Below, piece by piece: positions 51,165 through 60,786 of a stretch of DNA of 64,000 nucleotides. The position numbers and the translations under genes are program-made. The notes under the pieces were generated by a model. The model was given only the letters and a program-made list of their open reading frames with translations, made no database searches and was not told the DNA's origin. The stretch lies in the NCBI GenBank assembly GCA_963703225.1, contig OY969801.1:768001-832000 (forward strand), given 5' to 3'. Numbering within the stretch: the first letter of the stretch is position 1; each line of letters opens with the position of its first letter. The DNA is from Candidatus Eiseniibacteriota bacterium. Lineage in GTDB: Bacteria > Eisenbacteria > RBG-16-71-46 > SZUA-252.

Positions 51165-52412
51165 ATGAAGCAGCGCAATGGAGCAGGCTCGAAGCGGCTG
51201 GTGGAGGCGACCGAACGATTCATCCGTTCGGAGCAGAAGCTACTCGAGGTGTTGGGCGATCGTCGCATCCTCAAGAAGGCCGAGTGCGAGCACTTCGCGA
51301 AGGATCTGTCCCTCTCCGCCGCGAAAAAGCGGTCGTCGGACGTCTTCGCGAGCGCGGTCTCGATCAACCGCAAGCTGATGGGCATTCTCTCCAAGTCCCG
51401 CAATGCGGGGGCGCGCCCCGTCTCCGACTCGGACGTGCTCGCCGAGCTGGGCCGGATCACGCAATCAACCGTCGATCCGGTCGAGGCGTTCCGCGAGGCG
51501 CTCCTCCAGATCAGAACCGCGATCCCATTCGAGAATTCCACCCTCTTCCTCCTGAACCGCGAGTCCCAGGTCCTGGAGGAGGTGGTCTCGATCGGCAGCC
51601 GGGTCGATCTCATCGGCCACGTCCGCTTCGACCGCGGCAGGGGCTTCTCCTCGTGGGTGGCCCAGCAGCGAAAGCCGGTCCTTCTGAACGACCTCCATCG
51701 CGAAGGGGGCCCCGATTCGGTCTGCCTGCGCTCCTTCCTCTCGGTGCCGATCCTGGTCCAGACCGAGGTGGTGGGGGTCGTCAACATGAGCCACTCGCGC
51801 CCAGGCGCCTTTGACGAGGAGAGCGCGAACCGGTTGGCGTTGATGGCCATGCCGATCTCGGCGGTCGCGATCCGGATGCTGCTCCGCCGCGAGCGGGAGC
51901 GGCTCACCACGACCGACGACGTCACGACCCTCTACAACAAGCGCCACTTTGACCGGAATCTCGAGGCGGAGGTCGGCAAGGCGAAGCGCTACGGCCACAA
52001 GGTGTCGGTGGTCGTGCTCGATGTCGACGGCACGCTGGAGCGGAAGGGTCGACACGGGCAGGGGATCGGGGACCAGGTTCTCTCGGACATGGGACGGCTC
52101 CTCAAGCGCTCGGCCCGCGGAACCGACTGCGTCGCGCGCTACCAGGGGGACGAATTCCGGATCCTCCTTCCGCACACCGACGCCGCGAGGGCCAAGGTGG
52201 CGGCGGAGCGTCTCCGCGGGGTCGTGGAGCGGCACGCCTTCCCGCGACGGAAGAAGCTGACCGTTCACGTCGGCGTCGCGACCTATCCGGTCGAGGCCGT
52301 CGATCCGAGCACCATCGTCCCGCAGGTCGAGCCGGAGGCCGCCGTGGTGGCGGGCAAGGCGGACGGGCCGGTTCCGCCTCCGGACGACCGGAACGGCGCG
52401 GCCGTCAACTAG
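51165..52412 (+). CDS. GAF + degenerate GGDEF protein
   Basis: AGGAGG RBS; GAF (SFLSVPI); TD.VT.LYNKR.F; RGTD-CVARY-QGDEF. Confidence 0.85.
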   Translation: MKQRNGAGSKRLVEATERFIRSEQKLLEVLGDRRILKKAECEHFAKDLSLSAAKKRSSDVFASAVSINRKLMGILSKSRNAGARPVSDSDVLAELGRITQSTVDPVEAFREALLQIRTAIPFENSTLFLLNRESQVLEEVVSIGSRVDLIGHVRFDRGRGFSSWVAQQRKPVLLNDLHREGGPDSVCLRSFLSVPILVQTEVVGVVNMSHSRPGAFDEESANRLALMAMPISAVAIRMLLRRERERLTTTDDVTTLYNKRHFDRNLEAEVGKAKRYGHKVSVVVLDVDGTLERKGRHGQGIGDQVLSDMGRLLKRSARGTDCVARYQGDEFRILLPHTDAARAKVAAERLRGVVERHAFPRRKKLTVHVGVATYPVEAVDPSTIVPQVEPEAAVVAGKADGPVPPPDDRNGAAVN

Positions 52413-52430
52413 AGGACGAGCACGGAGCCC

Positions 52431-54151
52431 ATGGAACAGAAGACTCAAACCACCGAGCCGACGCCGAGCACGGCCGCCCACCCACGGGCGCGGGTCCTGG
52501 TCGTGGACGATGAGGTCCAGGTCGTCCAGATCTTCCAGGATCTCCTGACCCAGCAGGGATACGTGGTCGAGTCGTGCGACAACGGCGACGACGCGATCCT
52601 CAAGGTGACCAAGGGGAAGTTCGACCTCGTCCTCACCGACATCAACCTGCCCGGCGTGGATGGCCTGGAGGTGATCCGGGCGGCCAAGGCCGCGGACAAG
52701 GACACCTGCGTCATCCTGATCACCGGCTACGCTTCCACCACCACCGCGATCGACGCGCTCCGCCAGGGCGCCTACGACTACATCACCAAGCCGTTCGATC
52801 TCTGGGAAACGCTCAAGGCGATCGAGCGGGGGCTGGAAAGCCGCCTGCTCACGCAGGAGAACCGGCGGCTGATCGGCGAGCTGGAGTCGGCCAACGTCGG
52901 GCTCCAGCAGCACGAGGATGATTCTCCGCCGCAAGGTGGCCCGCGCCACCGACCGGATGGCGGCGCTCCTGGAAGCGGGGAAGGCGATCTCGACCAGCCT
53001 GAGCCTCCAGAGCACGCTCGAGGTGGTGGTGGCGCAGGCCGCGCGGCTCGCCTCGGCGCGCGCCTGCCTCCTCTTCCTCCACGACGCCGCGTCGGACGAA
53101 TACGCCGCCGAGGCGGCCCTGGGCGTGCCCGAGGAGAGCCTCAAGCTGCTCCGGTTCCAGATGGGGATCGGCTATCACGGCCAGGTGGTCCAGAGCGCCC
53201 AGCCCGCGCTGGTGGAGAACCTGGGCGAGGCCGTTGGCACCGAGGAGATGCTCGCTTCGCTCAAGCCAACCGGCGCGCTGATCGTCCCCCTCCAAGGGAA
53301 CGAGAGCGTGATCGGGACGATCACCTGCCTCGACCACGACGGTGGCGCCTTCAGCACGGACGACCAGGACGTGCTCAAGATGCTCGCCAGCCAGGCCACG
53401 ATCGCGATCACCAACGCGATCCTCTTCGAGCGGACCAAGGAGCTGGACCGGCTCAAGTCGGAGTTCGTCGCGGTCGTGTCGCACGAGGTGCGGACGCCGC
53501 TCACCTCGATCAAAGGCTCGCTCGAGCTTCTGGGGGACGACCGCTTCCACAAGCTGCCCCCGCCGCAGAAGGAGCTGCTCAGCATCTGCCAGGCGAACAC
53601 CGAGCGGCTGATCAACCTGATCAACGACATTCTCGACTTCTCCAAGCTCGAGTCGTCCAAGCTCTCGCTCAACATCGAGGCGATCGACGCCGGCGCGGTC
53701 CTGATCGAGGCGGTCGAGAACATCCGAAACCTCGCGGCCCAGAAGGAAGTCGGGATCGACCTGAAGGTGGATCCCAGCACCGGCAACGATCGAGGCCGAC
53801 CCGATGCGCATCGGCCAGGTCGCCACCAACCTCCTCGGGAACGCGATCAAGTTCTCGCCCGAGCGGAGCCGCATCGAGATCTTCGCCTCCGGAGACGAGG
53901 GCCAGATCACGATCTCGGTGAAAGACTACGGCCGGGGCATTTCGCAGCGCGACTTGAGCCGCCTCTTCCAGCGCTTCGCCCAGCTCGATTCCTCCACCAC
54001 CCGGAAGGCCGGCGGAACGGGGCTGGGCCTGGTCATCTCCAAGGGGATCGTCGAGCAGCACGGCGGCAAGATCTGGGTCGAGTCGGCCGTCGGCGAGGGC
54101 TCCACGTTCTCCTTCTCGCTCCCCCGGCGGCGGGTGGAAGCGGCCGCGTAG
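52431..54151 (+). CDS. REC-GAF-HisKA-HATPase hybrid kinase; apparent frameshifts near 52920 and 53790
   Basis: LVVDDE, LTDINLPG.DG, AYDYITKPF; KSEF...VSHE.RTPLTSI; NLL.NAIKFS, D.G.GI, GGTGLGL.I. Confidence 0.88.
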
Positions 54152-54217
54152 CCGCACCTCTCTCCAAGACCACTTCCCGCTTGGGCGCCGGGCCGGGCGC
54201 CGCTAGTATCCACCCGC

Positions 54218-55343
54218 GTGAGCCCACCCGATCGTCCTCGTAAGACCGTTCTCTCCGTTTTCGGCACCCGGCCGGAAGCCATCAAGATGGCGCCGGTCCT
54301 GAAGCTCCTCTCGCGCGAGGCGGGGATCCGTTCTCTCGTCTGCGTCACCGCGCAGCACCGCGAGATGCTCGACCAGGTGCTCTCGCTCTTCGAGATCCGC
54401 CCCGACCACGACCTCGACCTGATGCGGGAGGGGCAGACCCTCACCGAGATCACCACCCGCGCGCTGACGGAGCTGGCGCCCTATCTGGAGCGGGAGAGAC
54501 CCGACTTTCTCCTGGTCCAGGGGGACACCACGACCACGATGGCCGCCTCCCTGGCGGCGTTCTACGCGCGGGTGCCGGTGGGGCACATCGAGGCGGGGCT
54601 TCGGACGGGAGACAAGTCGTATCCCTACCCCGAAGAGGTGAACCGGCGGGTCACGACCGTGATCGCGGCGCACCACTTCGCGCCGACCGAGAAGGCGCGG
54701 CGAAATCTGCTCGCGGAGGGGATCTCGGACGCGGAGATCACCGTCACGGGCAACACCGTGATCGACGCGCTGCTCGAAGTGGTGAAGATCAAGCCCGAGC
54801 GCCTGCCGCAGCTCCCGCTGCGCGGGACAGCGGATCCTCCTCGTGACGGCCCACCGGCGCGAAAACTTTGGCGCGCCGCTTCAGGAAATCCTCGCCGCGC
54901 TCCGCGACCTGGTCACCCGCTACGCGGACGTCGACGTGGTCTACCCGGTGCACCGAAACCCGAATGTGGACGGCCCGGTGCGGGTCGCGCTCTCGAACGT
55001 TCCGGGCATTCACCTCATCGACCCGCTCGAGTACAAGGCCTTCGCCGATTTGATGGCCGCCTCCTATCTGATTCTCACCGACTCCGGCGGGATCCAGGAA
55101 GAAGCGCCCTCGCTGGGGAAGCCGGTCCTGGTGCTGCGCGACGAGACCGAGCGGCCGGAGGCGGTGGAGGCGGGCGTCGTCCAGCTGGTCGGCCCGCACC
55201 GCGAGAAGATCGTCGCGGCGGCCGTGGAGCTTCTGGACAACCCCAAGCGCTACGCCGCCATGGCGAACCGGATGAACCCCTACGGGGACGGGAAAGCGGC
55301 GGCGCGGATCCTCTCCAAGGTGCGAAAGCTGGTCGGGCCGTAA
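54218..55343 (+). CDS. wecB: UDP-N-acetylglucosamine 2-epimerase (non-hydrolysing); apparent frameshift near 54825
   Basis: [56 protein letters not shown]. Confidence 0.93.
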
Positions 55344-55413
55344 GGGGGACGACCCCTCAGCGACCGGCGGGGATTGGCGACCGTCCCACCCCGTGAACCC
55401 GCCACGAACGGGC

Positions 55414-55442
55414 TTGGCAAGCCCTGCCGGCAGGTTCATTAT
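55414..55442 (+). promoter_or_regulatory. Candidate sigma70 promoter with palindromic operator
   Basis: TTGGCA-N17-CATTAT; perfect palindrome CCTGCCGGCAGG at 55423-55434 in the spacer. Confidence 0.4.
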
Positions 55443-55486
55443 GGCCCCGGGGCAAAGCGCCCCTTCCACCTAGGGAGGAGGTTGCT

Positions 55487-56155
55487 ATGAAGATTTCTAC
55501 CATGGTGATTGCCGCGTTCGCCTGCGCGATCACCGCATCGATTCCGATCAGCCTGCAGGGTCCAATGAAGGTGTCCGCTACTGTGCCGACTCCACCGCTG
55601 GGCAAGACGGGGGCTCTACCGAGCGAGGGTACTTGCGCCCAATGCCACAGCGGAGCCGCGACAACGGGCACGCCCTTTCTCACCGTCGTGCCGCCCATTA
55701 CCGAGTACGCCCCGGGCAACACGTACACGATCGGCGTGGGAGTCGAGGACTTTGGCATGGTTCGCTGGGGCTTCGAGGCGACGGTCCTAAAGGACTCCGA
55801 CAACACGACAGCCGGAAGCATCACGACCTTTGTCGATCCACACGTTGTGGCTTTGCCTTCCGGCGGCCGTATTTACGTTTGTCATACCACCAACGGGATA
55901 ACCTCCCCGAATGATCCCACGGACGGAACCTGGTGGGGGACGCAGGATGGCCCGGTCGCGTGGGGGTTTACCTGGACCGCTCCCGCGCAGGGAGCAGGGC
56001 CGGTGACGTTTTACGCCACCATGGTGGCAGCCAACGGGGACGATGACGCGAACAGCGCGGACAACACATACGTGACCACGATGACCCTCACCGAGGGCGC
56101 GCCGGTTGCGGTGACCCACACGACCTGGGGGAACATCAAGAACACCTACAAGTAA
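55487..56155 (+). CDS. Exported Reeler-like (choice-of-anchor V type) protein with CxxCH motif and C-terminal TWGxIK motif
   Basis: GGAGGAGG RBS; signal peptide; TGA.P.EGTCAQCHSG; Y.PG..YTI; WGF; W.FTWTAP..G.G.VTFY; ends THTTWGNIKNTYK. Confidence 0.75.
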   Translation: MKISTMVIAAFACAITASIPISLQGPMKVSATVPTPPLGKTGALPSEGTCAQCHSGAATTGTPFLTVVPPITEYAPGNTYTIGVGVEDFGMVRWGFEATVLKDSDNTTAGSITTFVDPHVVALPSGGRIYVCHTTNGITSPNDPTDGTWWGTQDGPVAWGFTWTAPAQGAGPVTFYATMVAANGDDDANSADNTYVTTMTLTEGAPVAVTHTTWGNIKNTYK

Positions 56156-56163
56156 GCAGGAGC

Positions 56164-56952
56164 CTAGTGAGCCGTCGCCGTCTCGGGGCGGAACTTCCGC
56201 GCCACCCAGCGGAGTTGTTCCACCCCGAAGACGGCGTCTTCTTTCTCCTCGCCGTCCGACTTGGCGGCGGTCGCGTCGAACGCGGCGCAGGCTGACTCGT
56301 ACTGCGCGCGTCCTTCCGGCTCCCCGAGCGTCCAGCGCGCGATCCCCAGGTAGCCCGCGTAGAGAAGCACGCCGAAGTCGGAGCCGGCCCTGATTTCATC
56401 CCGCCCCGTTCCGACCACGGCGAGGCGCGCCAGCCCGGACGCCGTCTCGAACGCGCCGCGGGCCTCGTGAAGGTTCGCGAGCGACATCTGGTGCATTCCC
56501 ACGGCCCAGTAGGCCATCGCGCGGCGATCGGGGGTCTTCCCCAGCTCGCGCCGCCAACGGACGCAGTCCTCCGCCGCGCGGAGGCCCGCCTCGAAGTGCC
56601 GACGCTCGCGCGGCGCGTCGTCCGCCGGCCAGCACTCCGCGAGATCGGCCGAGAGGTTGTAGGAAAGGCGGTTCGCGAAATCGGTGAGCTTCCAGGCCGT
56701 CTCGCCGTCCTCGGTCTCCAGCGCCTGCCGCAGCGTCTCGCCAATCCCGGCCGTCACCACTTCCACCAGCGCGTCGAAGTCCCGCCCGGCCCACTCACGG
56801 TTGCCAAATTTCTTCTGCGCGATGGCGTAGACCGTCCGGCGCGTTTCGGGGTCGGCGATCGCGTCGATATAACGAACCACCTCCGGAGCGCCGCCGCGCT
56901 CCATGGCGGCTTTCAGCTCCTCCCATCGCCGTTCCTCGAGATCAGCGGTCAT
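56164..56952 (-). CDS. Hypothetical helical (TPR-like) protein
   Basis: Coherent ORF with typical codon use, 5 nt downstream of the DegT gene. Confidence 0.65.
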   Translation of the reverse strand: MTADLEERRWEELKAAMERGGAPEVVRYIDAIADPETRRTVYAIAQKKFGNREWAGRDFDALVEVVTAGIGETLRQALETEDGETAWKLTDFANRLSYNLSADLAECWPADDAPRERRHFEAGLRAAEDCVRWRRELGKTPDRRAMAYWAVGMHQMSLANLHEARGAFETASGLARLAVVGTGRDEIRAGSDFGVLLYAGYLGIARWTLGEPEGRAQYESACAAFDATAAKSDGEEKEDAVFGVEQLRWVARKFRPETATAH

Positions 56953-56957
56953 GGTTC

Positions 56958-58136
56958 TCAGCCCTTTCCGGTCAGGTGGAAGCGAACCCGTGCGGCGACG
57001 CGGTCGGCGTCGGCGTCGGTGAGGTCGGGGTAAATCGGAAGCGAGAGAGTCTCTTCAAAACAGCGCTCGGCACTCGGGAACGCGCCGGGCTTGAGACCCA
57101 AGCGCTCCTGATAGAAGGGGAAGAGATGGAGCGGCTTGAAGTGGACGCTGGTGCCGATTCCGTCTTCTCGGAGCGCGAGGGCGAGCGCCGTTCGATCGAG
57201 CCGCGCGGCCTTCGGGGTCACCGCGATCTGATAGAGGTGCCACGCGTGGCGCATGCCTTGGGCGACGGTCGGTGTCCGGAGCCCCGGAATCCCGGCGAGA
57301 GACTCTTCGTAGCGCCCGGCGATTGCCTCGCGGCGCGCGCGCATCGCCTCCGCGCGGCCCATCTGCGCCAGCGCCAAGGCGGCCTGGATGTCGGTCATGT
57401 TGTACTTGTATCCCAGCTCGGTAACATCGTAATCCCACCAGCCGCCCCTGTCGTACCGCGACCAGGCCGCGGCCGAGAGCCCGTGCAGCGAGAGCCGGCG
57501 GATCCGCTCCGCCCACTCCTCGCGCGCGGTGACCGCCATTCCGCCCTCTCCCGCCGTCACGCCTTTGGTGGCGTAGAACGAGAAACAGGTGATGTCGGCC
57601 TGGGTGCCCACGGGGACGTCCCAGATCCGAGCGGTGAGCGAATGGGCCGCGTCCTCGATCACCGGAATCTTGTGGCCATGCGCGATCGCGCCGATCTCCG
57701 CGGAGCGGCAGGGATGGCCCGCGAGGGAAACCGTCACGATGGCGCGCGTCTTGGGCGTGATCGCTTTCGGCAGGAGGGCCGGGTCCAGGTTCTTGGTCGC
57801 CGGCTCCACGTCCACGAAGACAGGCCGCGCGCCGAGATAGAGGATCGTCTCGCCGGTGGCCACGAAGGTGTAGGGCGAGGTGACCACCTCGTCGCCCTCC
57901 TTCACTCCGGCCGTGATGAGTGCCAGGTGGAGCGCCGCGGTGCAGGAGGAGAGCGAAACGGCGTGGAGGTCGGCGGCCCCGCTCTCCGGCGCGGCGACAT
58001 ACGACGCTACCGCGGCCTCCAGCTCCTTCGCCTTGGGCCCCGTCGTGAGCCAACCAGAGCGCAGCACCGCCGCCACCGCATCGAGCTCAGCCTGCGTGAT
58101 GGACGGGCGGTGAAAAGGGATGGGCGCCGCGGACAT
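56958..58136 (-). CDS. DegT/DnrJ/EryC1/StrS PLP-dependent sugar aminotransferase
   Basis: SGWLTTGP, SSCTAALHLAL, IEDAAH, FSFYATK..T.GEGG, GYKYNMTDIQAA, LSLPIYP. Confidence 0.94.
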   Translation of the reverse strand: MSAAPIPFHRPSITQAELDAVAAVLRSGWLTTGPKAKELEAAVASYVAAPESGAADLHAVSLSSCTAALHLALITAGVKEGDEVVTSPYTFVATGETILYLGARPVFVDVEPATKNLDPALLPKAITPKTRAIVTVSLAGHPCRSAEIGAIAHGHKIPVIEDAAHSLTARIWDVPVGTQADITCFSFYATKGVTAGEGGMAVTAREEWAERIRRLSLHGLSAAAWSRYDRGGWWDYDVTELGYKYNMTDIQAALALAQMGRAEAMRARREAIAGRYEESLAGIPGLRTPTVAQGMRHAWHLYQIAVTPKAARLDRTALALALREDGIGTSVHFKPLHLFPFYQERLGLKPGAFPSAERCFEETLSLPIYPDLTDADADRVAARVRFHLTGKG

Positions 58137-58176
58137 TCCGAAACGGTACCACAGGGCCGACTTCCATTGTCAGTGC

Positions 58177-58205
58177 TTGACTTACAGGCGAAATCGGTGT
58201 AACAT
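58177..58205 (+). promoter_or_regulatory. Sigma70 promoter
   Basis: TTGACT-N17-TAACAT, about 50 nt upstream of ATG 58254. Confidence 0.65.
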
Positions 58206-58253
58206 AATTGTCTTGCCAGTCTCGCCTATGACCCCACATCTGAGGACCCATCC

Positions 58254-59081
58254 ATGACCAGGCATGCCGCGTTACGAGTGCGTCCGCTGTCGCCGATCCT
58301 CGTTGCAGCCTCCGTTCTAAGCCTCGGTATTTGGGCCGGTTGCGGCAGCGACGATAACAAGTCCTCGAATAACGGTGGCGGCGGTGGCGGGGGCACGACC
58401 ACCAGTTCCTTCACTGGCTGGCTCGCCAACTCGGTGGAAAACGGATCGGTCGCGATCACCGTCAACAAGGCAAATCTCGCGGGTCGCCCGAGGATTCCCA
58501 ACGCGCCGCGGGCCGCGGTTACCGCGAGCGGGACGCTCACTCTCTCGGGCGTCGCGCCCGTCGCACTTACCGGCACACTCGACGATACATCAGGCGATCT
58601 TGGACTGTCGGGGGGCGGATACACGCTGACCGGCCTTTACGATCCGGGTCCGCCGAGCAAACTCTTCGGATCGTATACCGGGCCGAACGGCAATGGAGGT
58701 TTCGACTGCGAGAGTGGCGGCTCGGCCTCGGCCACGGTGCTCTGCGGCGGCTGGACCAGCAGCGATCAGAGCGATTCCGGTACGTTTACCTTCTCGATCC
58801 GAGGCACAACGGTCGAAGGGATCGTCTATTCACCCGGGGCATCCCCGCCCTACGACGCGATCCCGTTCACCGGTACCGTCTCGGGCACGGGAACCACTCG
58901 TACGATTTCGGTCTCGTTCGAAATGCCGAACCTTTTCAGGCTCACCGCCTCCGGCACGCTCGATACGGCCACCAATACGGTGAGCAGCGGCACGTACTTA
59001 TTCGAAGACCTATCAGGCGCGGGGAACCCGGATCAGACCGGGTACTGGAGCGCCGCGCCTTGTCATAGCGGCACGCACTAA
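58254..59081 (+). CDS. Hypothetical Gly/Ser/Thr-rich beta-structured lipoprotein
   Basis: Lipobox WAGC, poly-Gly linker, two similar beta-rich halves. Confidence 0.7.
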   Translation: MTRHAALRVRPLSPILVAASVLSLGIWAGCGSDDNKSSNNGGGGGGGTTTSSFTGWLANSVENGSVAITVNKANLAGRPRIPNAPRAAVTASGTLTLSGVAPVALTGTLDDTSGDLGLSGGGYTLTGLYDPGPPSKLFGSYTGPNGNGGFDCESGGSASATVLCGGWTSSDQSDSGTFTFSIRGTTVEGIVYSPGASPPYDAIPFTGTVSGTGTTRTISVSFEMPNLFRLTASGTLDTATNTVSSGTYLFEDLSGAGNPDQTGYWSAAPCHSGTH

Positions 59082-59089
59082 CCGCAAAT

Positions 59090-59136
59090 TCACGAAGACG
59101 ATTTCGAGAGGCGCTGGTTTCCCACCAGCGCCTCTT
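59090..59136. repeat. Copy 1 of a 47-bp imperfect direct repeat; contains a perfect 12-bp-stem hairpin (probable terminator between convergent genes)
   Basis: 41/47 identical to 61952-61998 by manual alignment; AGAGGCGCTGGT-TTCCC-ACCAGCGCCTCT at 59107-59135. Confidence 0.8.
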
Positions 59137-59174
59137 TACAATTCAGGGGACAGGGCCGTCACGCCCTAGCCTGC

Positions 59175-59609
59175 TCACTTGCGTTTCGTGGACTTCTTAC
59201 CGCCAGAAGCATTGAGAGCGACGGCCGCGCGGATGAGCGCCTTGAACGCATTCGCGTCAATCTCCTCACCCTCGTGAATATCGATGGCGCGCCTTACGTT
59301 CCCGTCCAGGCTCGAGTTGAAGAGGTTGGCAGGATCCTTCAAGGAAGCGCCCTTATGGAAGGTCAGCTTCACGACCGACTTGTACGACTCTCCCGTGCAG
59401 ATGCCCCCATCATGGGACCATACCGGTGTTCCGGGGTTCGTCGGTTTCACCCACTTCACCTCTTCCACAACCTCAGGGTCGGCCTCCCTGATGAGGGCGC
59501 GCATCCTTGACAGTGCATCGCCTCTCCAGTCACCCAACTCGGCAATCCTTTCGCTGATTAGTTTGGTGGCCGCGTTGCCTGGTGCCTTTGGTGGACTCTT
59601 CATCGTCAT
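59175..59609 (-). CDS. DUF1801 (YdhG-like) protein
   Basis: LGDWRG..L...R.LI..ADP...EE.KW; G.PVW.HDG.ICTGE.YK..VK.TF.KGA.L.DP..LFN.SL.GN.RRAID. Confidence 0.85.
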   Translation of the reverse strand: MTMKSPPKAPGNAATKLISERIAELGDWRGDALSRMRALIREADPEVVEEVKWVKPTNPGTPVWSHDGGICTGESYKSVVKLTFHKGASLKDPANLFNSSLDGNVRRAIDIHEGEEIDANAFKALIRAAVALNASGGKKSTKRK

Positions 59610-59671
59610 ACCTTTCGTTGGGGATAAGCCGCGTTGCCGATCCCGCCGTTGTTCGAGGACCCCTGCCAGCG

Positions 59672-60112
59672 CTACGGGACCCAACCGGGCAGGGCGGCCG
59701 CCTGTCGGATCCACGTCGCCATCTGCGCCTCGTCGAGCTGGTCGCCTTCGCGGATGTCGATGTAGCGCACTTCCTTCTGCTTGGACTCGCCGGGGGGGAC
59801 AGGGCGCAGTGACGTGCCGCGGAAGAAAGCCACCTTCACGTATTTCGTGAAGACATAAAAGCTGAGGAACCAGCCTTGGCCCTCGACTCCGTAGAACGGC
59901 GAGTTCCATTTGACCGCCTTACGCACGCCGGGGAGGGTGCGCACGATGAGCGCGTCGAGGCGGCGCCCGACGTCGCTTTTCCAGCCCGGCATGGCCGCGA
60001 TGTAGGCCTGCACGGGGGCGTCGCCGTCGCCCTTCGCGATCTGAGGGTTGCCGCCTGCGAGGAGGGTCGGCTTTGCGACCTTCGTCGACTTCTTGGACGT
60101 CCCTTTGGCCAT
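59672..60112 (-). CDS. DUF1801 family protein
   Basis: LL.GGNPQIAK.DGDAPVQAYIAAMPGWK, KAVKWNSPFYG, YVKVAFFRG. Confidence 0.85.
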   Translation of the reverse strand: MAKGTSKKSTKVAKPTLLAGGNPQIAKGDGDAPVQAYIAAMPGWKSDVGRRLDALIVRTLPGVRKAVKWNSPFYGVEGQGWFLSFYVFTKYVKVAFFRGTSLRPVPPGESKQKEVRYIDIREGDQLDEAQMATWIRQAAALPGWVP

Positions 60113-60152
60113 TGTATTCACTCCGACTAGGGTCAGACTCGCCTTCACGGTG

Positions 60153-60743
60153 CTAGGCTGCGGAGATCGCCTTGCGACGATTGGTCTCCGGCCAATCGAT
60201 CGAGCGCGAGCCATCGCGCCCCGGCGTCTGCCACGCGAGAGAGTAGTACGCCTGCCCCGTCACGCCGAGATACAAGCGATGGACCCGTTCGAAGAAGCCC
60301 GTGGTGTGATAGCTCCTCGGAAATCCGAGATGGACCGCATCCAGGTGATGCATGAACTCGTGGCACAGCGTGGCCAGGAGGGTCCGGCTGGAGGTCCATT
60401 TCCGAATCATCGGCGTTCGCGTCCAGAGCCGGATCCTCGTGAGGCTGAAGGTGTAGTCGCCGAGCAGCTCGGATGAGAGGAGCCCCTCGCGGGTACGATG
60501 TGGGCGAACGCCGAGCATCTCCACGCTCGGAGACGGAACCTCGTAGAACCCCGAGAATCCGTCGAGCAGCTCCTGACAGACTTGGGCCAAGGGAGCGCGC
60601 GCCTCCGCGTCGCGGGCGCTCTCGAGCAGCCCGAAGAGCGGCGTCAAGGTCACCGCGAGCGGCACGGGGACCTCCACGAGGCGGCTGCTGTCGTCGTATT
60701 CCTGGCGAAGCTTGGCGCGCGAAGGTCTGCGATCGGTCACCAT
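60153..60743 (-). CDS. Hypothetical protein with HEXXH zincin motif (SprT/WLM-like)
   Basis: TLCHEFMHHLD followed by YHT.GF. Confidence 0.65.
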   Translation of the reverse strand: MVTDRRPSRAKLRQEYDDSSRLVEVPVPLAVTLTPLFGLLESARDAEARAPLAQVCQELLDGFSGFYEVPSPSVEMLGVRPHRTREGLLSSELLGDYTFSLTRIRLWTRTPMIRKWTSSRTLLATLCHEFMHHLDAVHLGFPRSYHTTGFFERVHRLYLGVTGQAYYSLAWQTPGRDGSRSIDWPETNRRKAISAA

Positions 60744-60786
60744 CGTCCGGAAATCTTCTACGCTGGGCCTGTGAAGTCAATGCCCT

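Noticed and set aside
52431..54151. Three separate genes or programmed frameshifting in the hybrid kinase
   Set aside because: The pieces join into a standard REC-GAF-HisKA-HATPase protein, no slippery heptamer is evident, and the window has many similar indels.
59075..59140. Integron attC site
   Set aside because: No proper RYYYAAC/GTTRRRY core pair and no integron integrase; only two related copies.
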